Source: Paraspadella gotoi
Taxonomy: Eukaryota; Animalia; Chaetognatha
Reading direction: 5' to 3'
Assembly (NCBI GenBank): GCA_051294375.1
Contig: CM119270.1
Coordinates: 18,420,159 to 18,484,158 of the forward strand
DNA length: 64,000 nucleotides
This document shows, piece by piece, positions 1-59,808 of the stretch. The position numbers and the translations under genes are program-made. Every line of letters begins with the position of its first letter. The first letter of the stretch is position 1. The notes under the pieces are model-generated. The model ran no database searches and had not been told where the DNA came from. It was given only the letters and a program-made list of their open reading frames with translations.

Positions 1-150
1 AAAGACGCGCAACACGGCCGCGCTGAGGAAGGGCCGACCGAAAGCGGCCCAAAGGGCAACGAGGAAGTAGCGCTTGTTGAAGTCGTATTCCTCGAAGACG
101 GTAGGCTCCTCCGCTGTCTTCTTTTTCGCGGATTTTTTCTTCATATTAGC
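1..150 (-). CDS. Exon (runs off the window edge) of a probable ABCC/MRP/SUR-type ABC transporter, start of transmembrane domain 1
   Basis: Minus strand reads ANMKKKSAKKKTAEEPTVFEEYDFNKRYFLVALWAAFGRPFLSAAVLRVF with GC-rich codons. ALWAAFGRPFLSAAVLRVF resembles the ABCC 'AL..aFG..f......r/k' segment that opens TMD1 (recalled). Possible acceptor AAG at 151-153, or ATG at 142-144. Confidence 0.5.
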
Positions 151-1211
151 CTTTGTGGAGTTTTTTTTTTATTATTACAGGAAAGATGATTTTAGGGCAC
201 TTTTTAGCTTGCTACACTGGCTTAAAATGAAAATAACAAAAATTTTATCAGTAAATATTTCATGGAATGGTATGTTAAAGCTAAAAAGAATACAATGTAT
301 ACAATACTGGGTTGAACCCGTGAAACATGTCTCGGGGTAATGGAAACTGGCCATTTACAAAACGAGAAAAGGGGGAGTTGCATTAATTAGTGCACGACAG
401 ATAAGTACTGGAATAGAATAGAAGCCATAAAGAACAATTGATGCAAATATTAACACGCAACATTTAAGTAGTTGGGTTCACTGTCGTCGCGGTGGAAAAA
501 TGAGTACAAAGGTAAGTTATTCCTTTCTCACAAGCGACGCAAATCCGAGCCGAGTCTGTTTTGTTCGTCAGCCGAGCAGACGAACAGGAAGAATGGACAA
601 GGCTCGCTGCTCACTTTCGAGTACGAGGATTTTAATAGATATATTTATATATTGCCTATGGAACGAAGTGTTTAGCCTTTGGCTTTGATTTTTAATTACT
701 TTACTTTTAACCAATATGAAACTATCATTATTGGTGTCATAGTTCTTTATAAAAGTTTTTTTTCTTTATAAAAGTGGATTCGACTTTTCCTCAGACTCAG
801 TGTTGCAAAGGGATCTTTTGTTTTCATTTCTAACCCGAAATTTTTGAAAAATTAAATTCTCTCAAAAACAACGAAAGAAAGGATTATACCATGAAAAAGA
901 CACGGAAATAAAAGGTTTTGATGCTCCTGACATATCCTGTATGTACTGAATTAATTAATTAATTCAACAAGGTTAATTAATTAATTCGAAATAAAAGGCA
1001 TATATAACTATTCCTATTATAAGATTGATTTAATGGTAAAATATATTATTATTATTATTATTGAAGAAACCCCTCCAGGACCCCGGGGGGGGGGTAGACG
1101 GAAGAAGACGTAGAGCCTCAAACAAACTGAAGACCCCGAGACCAATGGCACCGCAAATGTTTATTTTAAATGCTTATTCTTGAAAGTCACGTGATTCTGT
1201 TAGGACCCGCC

Positions 1212-1510
1212 CACACTGCCTGATTTTTCAAAAAGACCTCCAGGTTAACGCCCTGCTCCTTCCTCCGTCCGCCTATCTCCTACACACTGCCTGATTTTTC
1301 AAAAAGACCTCCAGGTTAACGCCCTGCTCCTTCCTCCGTCCGCCTATCTCCTACACACTGCCTGATTTTTCAAAAAGACCTCCAGGTTAACGCCCTGCTC
1401 CTTCCTCCGTCCGCCTATCTCCTACACACTGCCTGATTTTTCAAAAGACCTCCAGGTTAACGCCCTGCTCCTTCCTCCGTCCGCCTATCTCCTACACACT
1501 GCCTGATTTT
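1212..1510. repeat. Minisatellite, 71-bp unit, about 4.2 near-identical copies
   Basis: CACACTGCCTGATTTTTCAAAAAGACCTCCAGGTTAACGCCCTGCTCC... recurs at 1212, 1283, 1354, 1425 and 1495 (partial). Confidence 0.95.
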
Positions 1511-2032
1511 AAATCGCGCCAAACATCCCACCCACCTCCGAATTAGTGTCACCAATTTAAAAATTAGTCTAAACTCAAAAAAATATTCGAAATTGTTTTT
1601 ATTTTTCTTTTATATAATAATGACATCAAATGTTTATATAATTATTAAATTGATATAATTGAAACATACATATTTTAAGAAATTTTTCATTGTTTTGCTT
1701 TTAAATATTTATATTTACTAATATATTTTAAAGGAATATGTTTCTAAAACTACAACATGCAAACACAATTTTGTCATATTTGCTTGGTCAGTGGTTGGTT
1801 TCTCATTTCTCATTGCATATGAAAGAAGATAAAAATAGAAAGGGAAAAGAGCGCGTTGTTTTATTTAACTACTTGCGGTTATTATAAGTTGAGAGAAAGG
1901 GCGGAGAATTGGTAAAAGAGAGAGAGGGCGAACGAGTCGTACGTCACCTTGGTCCGGTCAATCGGTCAGTCCATCGACCTCGGTTGTCGTCGTCTTTGTC
2001 GTGCGTCTCGTCGGTCTCGTGCCTTTCTCTTC

Positions 2033-2069
<37 letters not shown>

Positions 2070-2719
2070 AATACTAGAAATAAATTTTAATAACAATTGA
2101 CTATATTGTATTATTGATATTTTGCAAAATGTTCCACTGAGTTTCGCTAATTAAATATATTGTAATAGACAAAAATTGTATTTAATTTTATGATTCTGAT
2201 AGAGAAAAGTACAAAATATAATTACTTAAAGATACAAAAGAAACTGTAATCATGAAGATATAGTCAATTTACTAAAATATGAAAAGATATACTTGTTAGA
2301 CTCATAACTATGACGCTAATAAAATCAAAAATTTTGACTTTCATAATAAAAAATAACAGCCGTTGCATTTAGAAATTTTGCTATTGAAAGTTCAAAATGT
2401 AATCATTTGAGTTAAATCATTGACCACCCCATTGACGAATGCTCTACTCTTGAATAAAGTTTATTCAAAAGTTGATTCATTGATGATTAATATTGATTAA
2501 ATGACGACAAGAGGTATAATATTAGACAAGACAAGATAACAAGACAACAAATTCCCCAACAGTGAAAATAAAATCAAGTTTGACAAACTTGATATCTCGA
2601 GGTCTGTGGGCTTTATGGATGAGATTCTTTCTCCATTAAAACTGAATATAACGAAAATCTGTTTTAACCCTATATTACTGTAATCCCAGGCCAGCTTTTA
2701 AACATAAATATATTTCTTT

Positions 2720-3365
2720 TTTAACATAAACCTTCATAAACGAACTTGTCAAAATAAAATATGAAAGAAATTTAAAATCCTAGTTCTTTCTTTGTTATTC
2801 TTGGAATTGAGAAGTTCATTGGTAAAGCTTATTTCTCTCTTAAAATACAAAATCGCTAAAATCCGCATTAACCAGTTATTACTAGAACCTTATGCTACCT
2901 GTTCAACCTGACAATGATATTTAGTTCAGATAAACCTGGTTAAACGAATATAAGAAAGTCAGAAAGGAAAATTTGAAAACCTAGTTCTTTCTTTGTTATT
3001 TTTGATGATTGACATATCAACTGGTAAGGTATATTTCTTTCCTAAAACTCAAAACCGCAAAAAACCGCAACAGACCATAATAGCCAAAACCGATTACTAA
3101 CTAATAAAACTATTATCAATTTTTAAATATAATAAACCTGTTTAAACGGGTAACTACAAGAAAAATTTTAATTTTGAAATGTAGTTAATTTCTTATATAT
3201 TTTGCGCGAATGTCTGTGGTTGAATACCTGATTTGAAAAATCAAATTCTCTCTTAATTTTAAAAATCGCAATAAATCGCATCAAACACAGACTAAGTAAA
3301 CCTTCCTTTAACTAATAAAACCTATAGATATTACCAGCAGTGATAAACCTGGTTAAACGAGTGAC
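2720..3365. repeat. Diverged tandem repeat, period about 200-210 bp, 3-4 copies
   Basis: TAAACCTGGTTAAACG-like motif near 2728, 2931, 3133 and 3344. CTAGTTCTTTCTTTGTTATT at about 2780 and 2981. AAAATCGC..AAATCCGCA motif in each unit. Confidence 0.75.
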
Positions 3366-4313
3366 ATAAAGTAAAAAAAATGTTTTTGTAAAATTTTTCC
3401 ATGTAAAATACATTGAGTATGTTAAGAAAAAATTATATTACTTTATACGTATGAAAAAATAACATTTGTCCTTATGCACATATCCAAGGGGAGACAATCA
3501 GCTTTCAAACGCCGTATCATTTTATGCAATTAACCATAGTATAAGAAAATGGCAGTTGGTCAAATAAAAAAATTATTTATTTTAGAGGAGTAAAAGAAAA
3601 GTAAAAAGAAAAGAAAGAAAGGTTACGAGTTTTAGCGATCTTTTCTGGTCAAAAGCCCGTAAGACCATCTACTTAAAAGTTAACCTATCAAAATCGAAAT
3701 CGATGACATGACTTTTTTCACTCGATTTTGAAATTTTTTTTTCCTGGAGGTCTGAGGCACCGTGCCGCCGGTCCGTCCTCCTCCTAAAACGCCCCCGAGA
3801 ATATTCGAAGAATATTTGAGGAAACTCCTCAACCCCGGCGAGATGCTTCGGTCGTCCAGGCATGATTTGGTGGCTTGAGCAGATCGACGATCAAATAGTC
3901 TCTTTATTTCTCTGAGTTTATGAAGAGTTTAAAAGAGTACCTTAATAAAATAATCAAAGCATATAGATATTCAAACAGTACAAAAAAGAATAATTATCAA
4001 AATTATTATTTAAACACTCAAAAGAATTACAAAAATCAGTATAAACTCAAAAACCAATGAATAAACTAAAGCATGAATGACGAAATGATCCAAACGATAA
4101 ATCCTTGTGACGAAGTAAAGTTCGAACTCAGATATCACGATTCGCGAGTCTTTGGATCTAACAATTCCCGTCCTAATATTTAGTACCTTAATAAAATAAT
4201 CAAAGCATATAGATATTCATACAATACAATCAATGAAATACTAACTAATTAATCAAAGAAGCAATATTAAACAAATAAACAAATCCACAAAGAATCCACT
4301 AAGCGTCCGATAA

Positions 4314-5257
4314 GTCCGGGATCACTCAATTCAAATTATAATTAGCCTAAAACCGAGCTCGGATTCGAAAGGAGAGCTCCTGACGATTCCGAAAATGTAT
4401 TCACTTTACTATTTTTTCAAAGGCGTCATCGTTTTTTTGATTTTTTTTGTACTATATAAAATAAAAGAAACCTATTTGAAGAGTTGCAGCCCAAACGGTA
4501 AGGCGGTTTCTCATAAAATTTGGCATGAATTACTTTTAGGTCACTAACTCCAATTCTATGAAAAGATATTTTCAAAATTTGCCTTCCTTCATATAAAATT
4601 TGATTATTTTAATCAATTTTTGGGATTAATTCCTTGATATCTTTGAAACGAAAAACATTTTTTCAAAAACGCGCTCATAGAATCTCCCCCACCTTTCCTT
4701 TCTTGCCCAAGATATTTTTTTCTTCAAGAAGAGTCCAATGGTTTGAGCTGCAACTCTTCGTTTTTAACTTCACTTCGTCAAGAAAGTTAAATTCTGTACT
4801 CATTAAACTCATTAAACATTTACATAAAGTAAAAAGTCAAATTGAAATAAATTCGATAAGTTTTTTAACTCATAAAACTCATGAAAAGTATAAAAAACCG
4901 TCTGGAAAATGTGAAGAGTAGTTTGTTTTAGACTTATTAGTGATACAACCCCATGTATGTACTTGTACCAAAGGAAGAATTAAATATAAGAAGTAGAAAT
5001 TGAGCTTACTGTAAAGAATCAGTTTTAAGTTAAAAATTTAGTTGTAGAAATTTAGCTTACATATAAAAAAATAATTTTCTCTTGAAAATCTAGTTTTACC
5101 GAAGAAAAAATTTTGTTTAAATTTTATGAACATTTTTAGTAGATTTTTAAAAGTTTTCGAATAATTTTTAATAGAAAACCTCTTACAGGATATGAGAAAA
5201 TGATTAAGATACAGTAAATTAAGATTTCTACAATTTTAGGTTGAGTGATCCCTGGCC
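4314..5257. mobile_element. Non-autonomous TIR DNA transposon (MITE), TTAA-type target, Kolobok-like termini
   Basis: Left end (ATAA)GTCCGGGATCACTCAATTCAAATTATA is an imperfect inverted repeat of the right end TACAATTTTAGGTTGAGTGATCCCTGGCC(TTAA at 5258-5261). No coding capacity. Confidence 0.65.
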
Positions 5258-5418
5258 TTAAGCGCCCACAAATGTTTATTATTTTAGAGAAGAGTCCCGT
5301 TTCAGAGCAGAATCACGAATAATCGAGAGAGTCAGATTATGTTTATGAGACGAAATTTGATATCTCTCTTAACCTAGGCAAAAGAGCATCTGACTCGCAA
5401 ATATTCGTCTGGACTTTA

Positions 5419-5464
<46 letters not shown>

Positions 5465-6701
5465 TATTCCTAAATATCTTGCTGTCCTGACTGATTTACT
5501 GACTGAATTCTTTATGAAATTTATAAAATAAGTATCGCATTTTGAGATCGAGTGGTATATAAAATTATTTCTTTGAAATAATGAATAAACGATTTATAGA
5601 AACAATATGAAACGTGGATTACAAGATGAATCAAAAGGCAATAAGTTATGAATAACTCTAGGAGATCAAAATACATTGAGACCACAAACACATAAAATTG
5701 CTTGAAACTGATTTTTTAATCATGGGTAAAACACGGAACCGAATTCATTCACGAGCATTATGGATTTCACAATATTGCGAGGTTATAACAAATAAATAGG
5801 GACAAAATTTACTCGACTCAAAGGTCTTAAACAAAAAAGCTATATAATTATAAATATAATGACAGGAATGCTTACATGTATGATAGGAACGATTAATTTT
5901 TTTCCATAAATTAGCTTGACGAGTAAAGCAGTTTTTTATTTAACAGTATTTTTAGAATAAAAACGTCACCAATTTTATATGAAAAAGTTAATAAATCTTC
6001 CAGGGGTAATTGGGAATAAATAACGGGTTAACCTATACCTCAATTAAATCTGTATACATCCATTTAACAAATTGAAGAAAAAGTTTCCCCCTTACCATGC
6101 TTCACATTAAATGAGTATTGTTAATTAAATGCCACATTTTAAGATTTAGTATAAAATTATATCGCTCGCTGAACGAAACAAACAGAAGTAAATAAATGAA
6201 ATTTTGTTTTGATTAAAAAATAAAAAATTCAAAATACGTAATTTTGGGGGAAAAATTAAGCAGTGGAAGGAAATATATAAATCGGGGTCTTCAAATATAT
6301 TTCATCGTGACATAATTGAGTGACATACAAGCAAAAAGCTTTTATCAATTATAATGTAAAAAAAATAATCATGTAAACCATAGTATCTACTTTGTACAAA
6401 AAAGTGAAAAAAAGGGAAAGAGGGGGAATAGGAAAATGGTTTGTTAGTTTGAATTTTTTTTAGCTGACGAAGTTCACAGAATTATGCGTTCTTTATCACT
6501 CGTAATTTATTCGTTGCATTAGTCACCAAATCTAAACAAAGTCAGCGGTTTCAATCATTATACAATTTTTTATTACCTTGTGAAAATTAATCTCCCTATA
6601 CTATAGGCCATTGCCGAAAAAGGTCAACTTTCGATTAAACGTAACGAAATTGATTATAAAAAAGGGAAAAGAAAGTAAATTGAGTCTAATTTGAGTCCTC
6701 G

Positions 6702-53083
<46,382 letters not shown>

Positions 53084-56000
53084 CTGAGGAAGATGATGGA
53101 GGGGGGGTTGAAGAGGGGGGGAGNNNNNNNNNNNNNNNNNNNNNNNNNNNNNNNNNNNNNNNNNNNNNNNNNNNNNNNNNNNNNNNNNNNNNNNNNNNNN
53201 NNNNNNAAAGATTCTGCGGTGGAGAGAGATTAAATTTGGGAAAAAAGAGAGAGAGCGGAAGGAAGGGATAAAATTTAATTAAGAAGGAATGAAGAGGAAA
53301 AAAAGAGTCGGAGGAAAGGGAGGAAAGAAAAGGAAGGAAAGGAAAGGAACGACGCAACCCGGTAACAAATGAAGAAAGAGAGAAATAATGAATCAGAAAA
53401 TGGAGAAAAAGAAAAATGAAGGAAGAGAAGGAAACGTCTTCGCTGCCAACAGCGATTGATATGGGATAAACACCGTGGGGCGAAATATAAAGACAAGCAA
53501 GTGACGAGCGAAATCGCAAGCAAAAGCAAAGAAGGCAAGCAAAAGCAAAAAAAGGCAAGCAAAAGACGAAGAGAAAACCACAACGGAGGAGATAAATGGA
53601 AAGATAAACGGAGAGAAGAAACAGACGATGATGAGTCGAGGGAGATAAGGAAAAGAAAAATCGAGAATTGTTAGGGATAAGCGGAAAGAGAGAGGAGAAA
53701 GAAGACGAAAGAGAGAGAGTAGATGAGATGATCCTCGGCGTCTCTCGCGTGGCTGATAAGAGAGACACAATTGAAGAGAACCGAAAGCGTAAGAATGGAA
53801 AGAAGTGAAAGAAGATATAGGAAGAATTTGCAAAAAAACCCGAGAACCGGGAAACGAAAAAGTTCAAATAATAATCAAACAGAAGGCGCCGGTGAGGGAG
53901 AAGTGGGAGGCAAGACGAAGGCGGCGGTGTGGGAATATTCAATGGCGGTAGGCGTGGCGGGAGAGAGCGGGGGGGGGGCGAAAAGGGCGAGTGAGAATGC
54001 TTTGCCCTTCGCTCTTTAGAGAGCAGAGAATTTCGCCGCCCCTTTCGTTCAGAAATGGATCCGTTTCTCGTTTACACGAGTCTCTCTCTCTCTCTCTCTC
54101 TACTCTCTCTCTCTCCTCTCTCTCCTCTCTCTCTCTCTCTCAGTTCAAAAACACAATGTCCGAGTTGGAGGGTGTGGATTCCTTTTTCAACAAAGCGCCA
54201 AGAATGTTTACCGACATGAAAGAACAATAGTACTAGACTAGAGATTTATTAATGGACGAATCGCGAGTCCCTTTTGTTTATAATGAAGCGCGGGATTTCG
54301 TCGTTTGCCGCTCGTGCGCCTCATTCGTTCTCATCTTAGCGACGATGAAAACAAAATTCTTTCTCCGTTTTGGAATTTAGCCTTTGAAGAAGAGGACGAC
54401 GATGATGACGAAGACGATGACGACGATGCCGACGATGACGACGACGACGACGACGATGACTTGGATAATAAAAACGAAAACTTCTAATAATAATACGAAG
54501 CCAAGTGGCAATCACCGTAATGTAGAAAACAACGAAAATAAAAGAGTAAAGAATAAAGACGATAACGAAGACCAACATAATTAATTAAAAGTATGATTAA
54601 GATGAGCAAAATACTATTATCAAAAGGATCGAGTAGCAATTAATAACGACGACAACAACATAATAATTATAAAGACGACGAAAAAACAAAAGAGCAACCT
54701 CAACGAAAACGACGACGACGACATAATGATGATCAATATGGCGGGAATTCTGGAATGCTCCGTAAAGGCCGCTATCGCTGGATTTCATACCAAAACAACT
54801 TCATTAGTTGTATTTCGGTACAATTTGATACAATTGCGACATTTGACTACAGACCGCACTTGCATCCACATTCTCCACCGCCACAGCTGCCACCGCTGCC
54901 ACTGCCGTCTTCGCCGCCGCCGCCGTCTTCGCCGCCGCCGCCGCCGCCGTCTCACCGCCGACGCCGCCGCCGCCGTCTCACCGCCGCCGCCGCCGCCGCC
55001 GCCTCCGTCGATGAATCAGGATCGATTTTCGATTCGTCCTTCGTCGTTTTCTCTTTCGGACAAGAGACGGACTTGTACGGACTTGTACGGACTTACGGAC
55101 TCTCAGAGATTCTAAAGGCTTTTTATATTCCGCCTTTTTACACCCTTTCTCCCCTTTCTCTTCTTTCTCCCCCTTCCACTCTCTTTCTAAACTCTCTTCT
55201 TCTTTCACTCCTTCTCTTTAATAACCATCTTTCTCTTTCACTCTCTTTCTCTTTCTCTCTTTCTAAACCCTCTTTCTCTTTCGCTCCCTCTCTCTCTTTC
55301 GAAACTCTCTTCTTCTTTCACTCCCTCTCTTTAATAACCATCTTTCTCTTTCACTCTCTTTCTCTCTTTCTCTTTCTAAACCCTCTTTCTCTTTCACTCC
55401 CTCTCGCTTTTTCTAAACTTTCTAAACTTTTCCCCTCAGTTCCCCTTCTTTTACCTTTTCCTCACTTTTTTTCCCAAATTTTCTAAACTCATGTTTGGCC
55501 AAAATAAAACTAACTCAGGCGCCATCTTTGCTGCTTGAGAAAGAAGCGCTATCACCAACGAGACTTCGTCACTCGTAATGATAGCTTATTTATATTTATT
55601 TATACACACATAACTGAATAATTTTATTTTGGTTGTACTAGTTTCATATATATGATGTACGACGCTTGCGTAATTAACCGTCAGAGGTCATCAACCACAA
55701 CCACAGCCACTAATCGCGCCACTAAATCACCACAACGCCACCAAACGACGCCGCTCAATTACCACAACCAATACCACAACATCACCACATGACTCCACTA
55801 GTCTCCTACAACGCCACCAAACGATGCCGCTCTATCGCAGCAACGCCATCACGCGACGCCACTTCGTTTCTTCCAACGTCCGCGTTACTAATTTTCCGGT
55901 TCCCAAACTCGTGGCGCCTTTTCATCGATATTCTTTAACGCTCCTTCATCACGTGATCTNNNNNNNNNNNNNNNNNNNNNNNNNNNNNNNNNNNNNNNNN

Positions 56001-56647
56001 NNNNNNNNNNNNNNNNNNNNNNNNNNNNNNNNNNNNNNNNNNNNNNNNNNNNNNNNNNNNNNNNNNNNNNNNNNNNNNNNNNNNNNNNNNNNNNNNNNNN
56101 NNNNNNNNNNNNNNNNNNNNNNNNNNNNNNNNNNNNNNNNNNNNNNNNNNNNNNNNNNNNNNNNNNNNNNNNNNNNNNNNNNNNNNNNNNNNNNNNNNNN
56201 NNNNNNNNNNNNNNNNNNNNNNNNNNNNNNNNNNNNNNNNNNNNNNNNNNNNNNNNNNNNNNNNNNACCCTATCCACGTTCGGCGTCACAAGAAAAAGAA
56301 CGAAGTTCGCACGAAATCATCAGCGCCTCATTTTCCTTCGGCGTCGCTCCCACGGGTCAAACGTTAGAGGGTCAGTCAGTCAGTCTCTCTCTCTCTCTCT
56401 NNNNNNNNNNNNNNNNNNNNNNNNNNNNNNNNNNNNNNNNNNNNNNNNNNNNNNNNNNNNNNNNNNNNNNNNNNNNNNNNNNNNNNNNNNNNNNNNNNNN
56501 NNNNNNNNNNNNNNNNNNNNNNNNNNNNNNNNNNNNNNNNNNNNNNNNNNNNNNNNNNNNNNNNNNNNNNNNNNNNNNNNNNNNNNNNNNNNNNNNNNNN
56601 NNNNNNNNNNNNNNNNNNNNNNNNNNNNNNNNNNNNNNNNNNNNNNN

Positions 56648-56796
56648 CGCCGGGCGAGCGAATCTGAATCCTTGGCGCCGCGGACGCCGCCCTGTTGACG
56701 CCGGCGGCGCCGTCCGGTTCGGCTCCGATATCCCCGGCGCCGCGCTGGCCGCCGTGCGAGGAATGGCGTGACGGTCCCAGGTGAGAGTGTGCGGAC
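56648..56796 (-). CDS. Probable upstream exon (5' part) running into an N gap, e.g. SAHSHLGPSRHSSHGGQRGAGDIGAEPDGAAGVNRAASAAPRI
   Basis: Pyrimidine tract CCCTCTTCTAG|G followed by a GC-rich open sequence; reading frame uncertain. Confidence 0.5.
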
Positions 56797-58726
56797 CTAG
56801 AAGAGGGAGATTAGGGGGGAGGGGGTGAAAAGGGTGAAGGGTAAGTGAGAAACAAGAACAGAAAAGTTTGAGGCGTCTCGACATTGTATAACTATAAAAA
56901 GCACCTTATGGTTTATTACTTTAACATTAAGTATTAAGCATTTACAATTTTATACCATGTCAATGCTTTTTTTTTTAACCTTCCTACCAAATTGAAAATA
57001 CGATTTTAATCGATGAAGTGACGGATAGAGCTAAAGAAGTACCGACTGACCGACCAAAAAGCGACTTATAGAGCAACTAACAATACAAGAGGTAGAGATA
57101 AGGAAAAGAGAAGGTGAGGGAAGGAAAGGAAGAGGGAAATAGCAAAAGGTAAATGAGGAAAAGTAGAGGTGAAAAAAAAAGGGTAGAAAAGGGAAAAATT
57201 ATTCATGAGGCGAGAAAACAAGGTTTAGTGTTGATCGGAGGGGGGGAGGAAGGGGAGAGGGAAGAGGAGGAGGAAGTGAGAGAGAGGAAGCGGAAGGAGG
57301 AAGAGGGAGGAGGCAAAGGAAGGGAAGGAGGAAGAGGAGGAACACAGGAGGAGATGAGAAGAGGAGGAGAAGTGGAGAAGAGCGAGAAGGAAGAGAAGGA
57401 GAAAGAGGAGGAGAGAAGAGGAGGAGGAAGGGAAGGAGGAAGGGAAGGAGGAAGGGAAGGAGGAAGAGGAGGGTAGTGGGGGAGGAGACCGCGCGGCTGA
57501 TTTTTGCGATGTCGATGTCAGCAATCGATTGGATGGGGTGAGAATGTGAAAAAAACAAAGAAAGTGAGAGAGAGACCAAAAAAACTGTTAGAAAATGTAA
57601 AAGTAAAAACAAAAGGGAAAACATAAAGTTTTTCGCGGTTCATGTGAGAGGATGAAAGATAAGAGGCGACGACCGTAAACGCCGACGACGACGACGACGA
57701 CGACCACGTGGGATAAAAAACTGCGTAAGGGAGATCGCCACCACCTGATGCTAACAAAGGCTTCGCCGGATTCTCTTTGGATCATTGGGTAAATTTGTTC
57801 GTCGAGTTAAAAAAAAAATAGGTACAAGTGGGTAAAAAAAAAAAAAAGACCCAACTGGTCACATATGTTCAACGAACATTTATTTTCCTAAACGAAACAA
57901 ATCCTTTGCTTGTTTTCCAAGCAGAGAGAAGCGAAGCGATGCAAGCAAAGAAGCAAGCATGAGAATGAATCACTAAAACAATGTTCCCGTTATCAGGATA
58001 TCTCTTTCGTTAATGGGAGTCACGTGACGATGTATAAATAGGTGCGGTTATTAAAAAGAAGAGTAAATAATCTTGGCTCATGAGCGAGATTAGAGAGAAG
58101 AGTAAAAATTAATCATAATCGTGTTACAAGCTTTTTTTTTTTTTTGTTTAAAAAATACATAGAAAGGGAAAGTAAAAAAAAAAACAACGATGAAAAAGAA
58201 ATATCGATATTTTTTTTTCTTAGAAAAAAGAAGAAAGAAGAAAGAGAGAAGGTGTTGATTTTCCCTCAATTCTCAACTGACGGAGAAAAAAAAGAAAAAA
58301 AAAAGAAAAAAAAGAAAAAATCGGGAAAACGTCATCGGAATTTGATGGACGAAACTAAAAAAAGGCTTAAAACCTGACTTAACAACTGTAGAAAGCAAAT
58401 ACAATATCTCGGCAGGGAATAAAATAAATAATATTAAATTTAATTTAAAAAAAGTCACGTTGTAGTACATGAAGACTTACAGAGTAGTTTAAATTCTTAG
58501 TCAAACTTACCGGCTATATTCAACTCAATTAAGTCTGACACCTCATCAATTTAATTTAATTAATTAAATTAATTAATTAATTTACTTAATTAAATTATTA
58601 AAACAAATTTGTCGCTTTCCAAAGCCAAATGATTTAAAATCTCTTTGCGTTCATCTCCAAACAGAACGACCAACTGGAAAGAGTCTCATTGCGACGTGGC
58701 TCCGAGGAAATAATCAAATAACAAAG

Positions 58727-59019
58727 ACGCGAAAAAAGAAACGGCGCTCGGCTCTGCACGGCGCGAAATACGAAACGGCGGGAAAAAAGAAACGGCGCTC
58801 GGCTCTGCACGGCGCGAAATATGAAACGGCGCTCGGCTCTGCACGGCGCGAAAAAAGAAACGGCATTCGGCTCTGCTCGGCGCAAAATAAGAAACTGCGC
58901 TCGGCTCTGAACGGCGCGAAATACGAAACGGCGCTTAGTTCTGCACGGCGCGAAATACGAAACGGCGCTCGGCTCTGCACGGCGCGAAATACTAAACGGC
59001 GCTCGGCTCTGCACGGCGC
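58727..59019. repeat. GC-rich minisatellite, 34-bp unit, about 8.5 copies
   Basis: CGGCGCGAAATACGAAACGGCGCTCGGCTCTGCA recurs (e.g. ATACGA at 58921 and 58955). Confidence 0.93.
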
Positions 59020-59775
59020 CGCGGCGCGGGTTCGGGCTCGGCATGGCTCGGAGACCCAGCGAGATCATTAAGCGGGTTCCTTCCGCAGCCGAGATTAAAG
59101 GAAGAGATATGTCATCATTGTTTTTGGATTAAAAATTCCTTAATAGTTTTTTTTTTTCATGGAAGCCTTATGAACGGGAGAACCTGGTGTTAATTACTAA
59201 AACTAATATAAATAATATAATTATCATTGTTATATTTTGGTCTCTGAGATAAATACTTTGAAATACTTTATATCGTAAAATTATTTTTTTCAAATTCAAC
59301 GTCATACCGACATACCATGTCAGTTGTCAATTCTCTCGAACGAATAAATATAAATCATGTTGTATATAATATATATAATATAATTATAGCCACTCGTGAT
59401 TGCCAATTGAGTTTAGAGATAATCCATCGTCGAGGGCAAAAACTCATTTCATATTCGAGAATTTCTCGTATTTTACGAGCGAAAACCAAACTAAATTATT
59501 TAGTTTTATGCGCGCCGTTATTTGGATCCGAACAAAAGGCTATAATATATTTTTTTTTTATGAAAGACGAATGAGTGCGTGTATCTCGATTTTGAGAAAT
59601 AAAAATCACGAGAGGGAAACAAAAGAAAAACATCAGTTTGCGCGCAATTAAGGGAAAAAAATCTATTTAATTGCGATTTCCGTCCAAAATACGTAAAGAA
59701 TACTCAAATAAGATTTTAAAACATCGTTATGAGAATTTTATTTCATATCAATAATGATACAGTAGCATACATACA

Positions 59776-59808
<33 letters not shown>

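Noticed and set aside
1212-1510. CRISPR-like regular array
   Set aside because: Units are identical head-to-tail with no unique spacers, there are no cas genes, and the context is eukaryotic. The same applies to the 34-bp array at 58.7 kb.
54860-55060. (GCC)n-rich island as an exon
   Set aside because: No single minus-strand frame stays open with convincing splice sites; it cannot be supported without transcripts.
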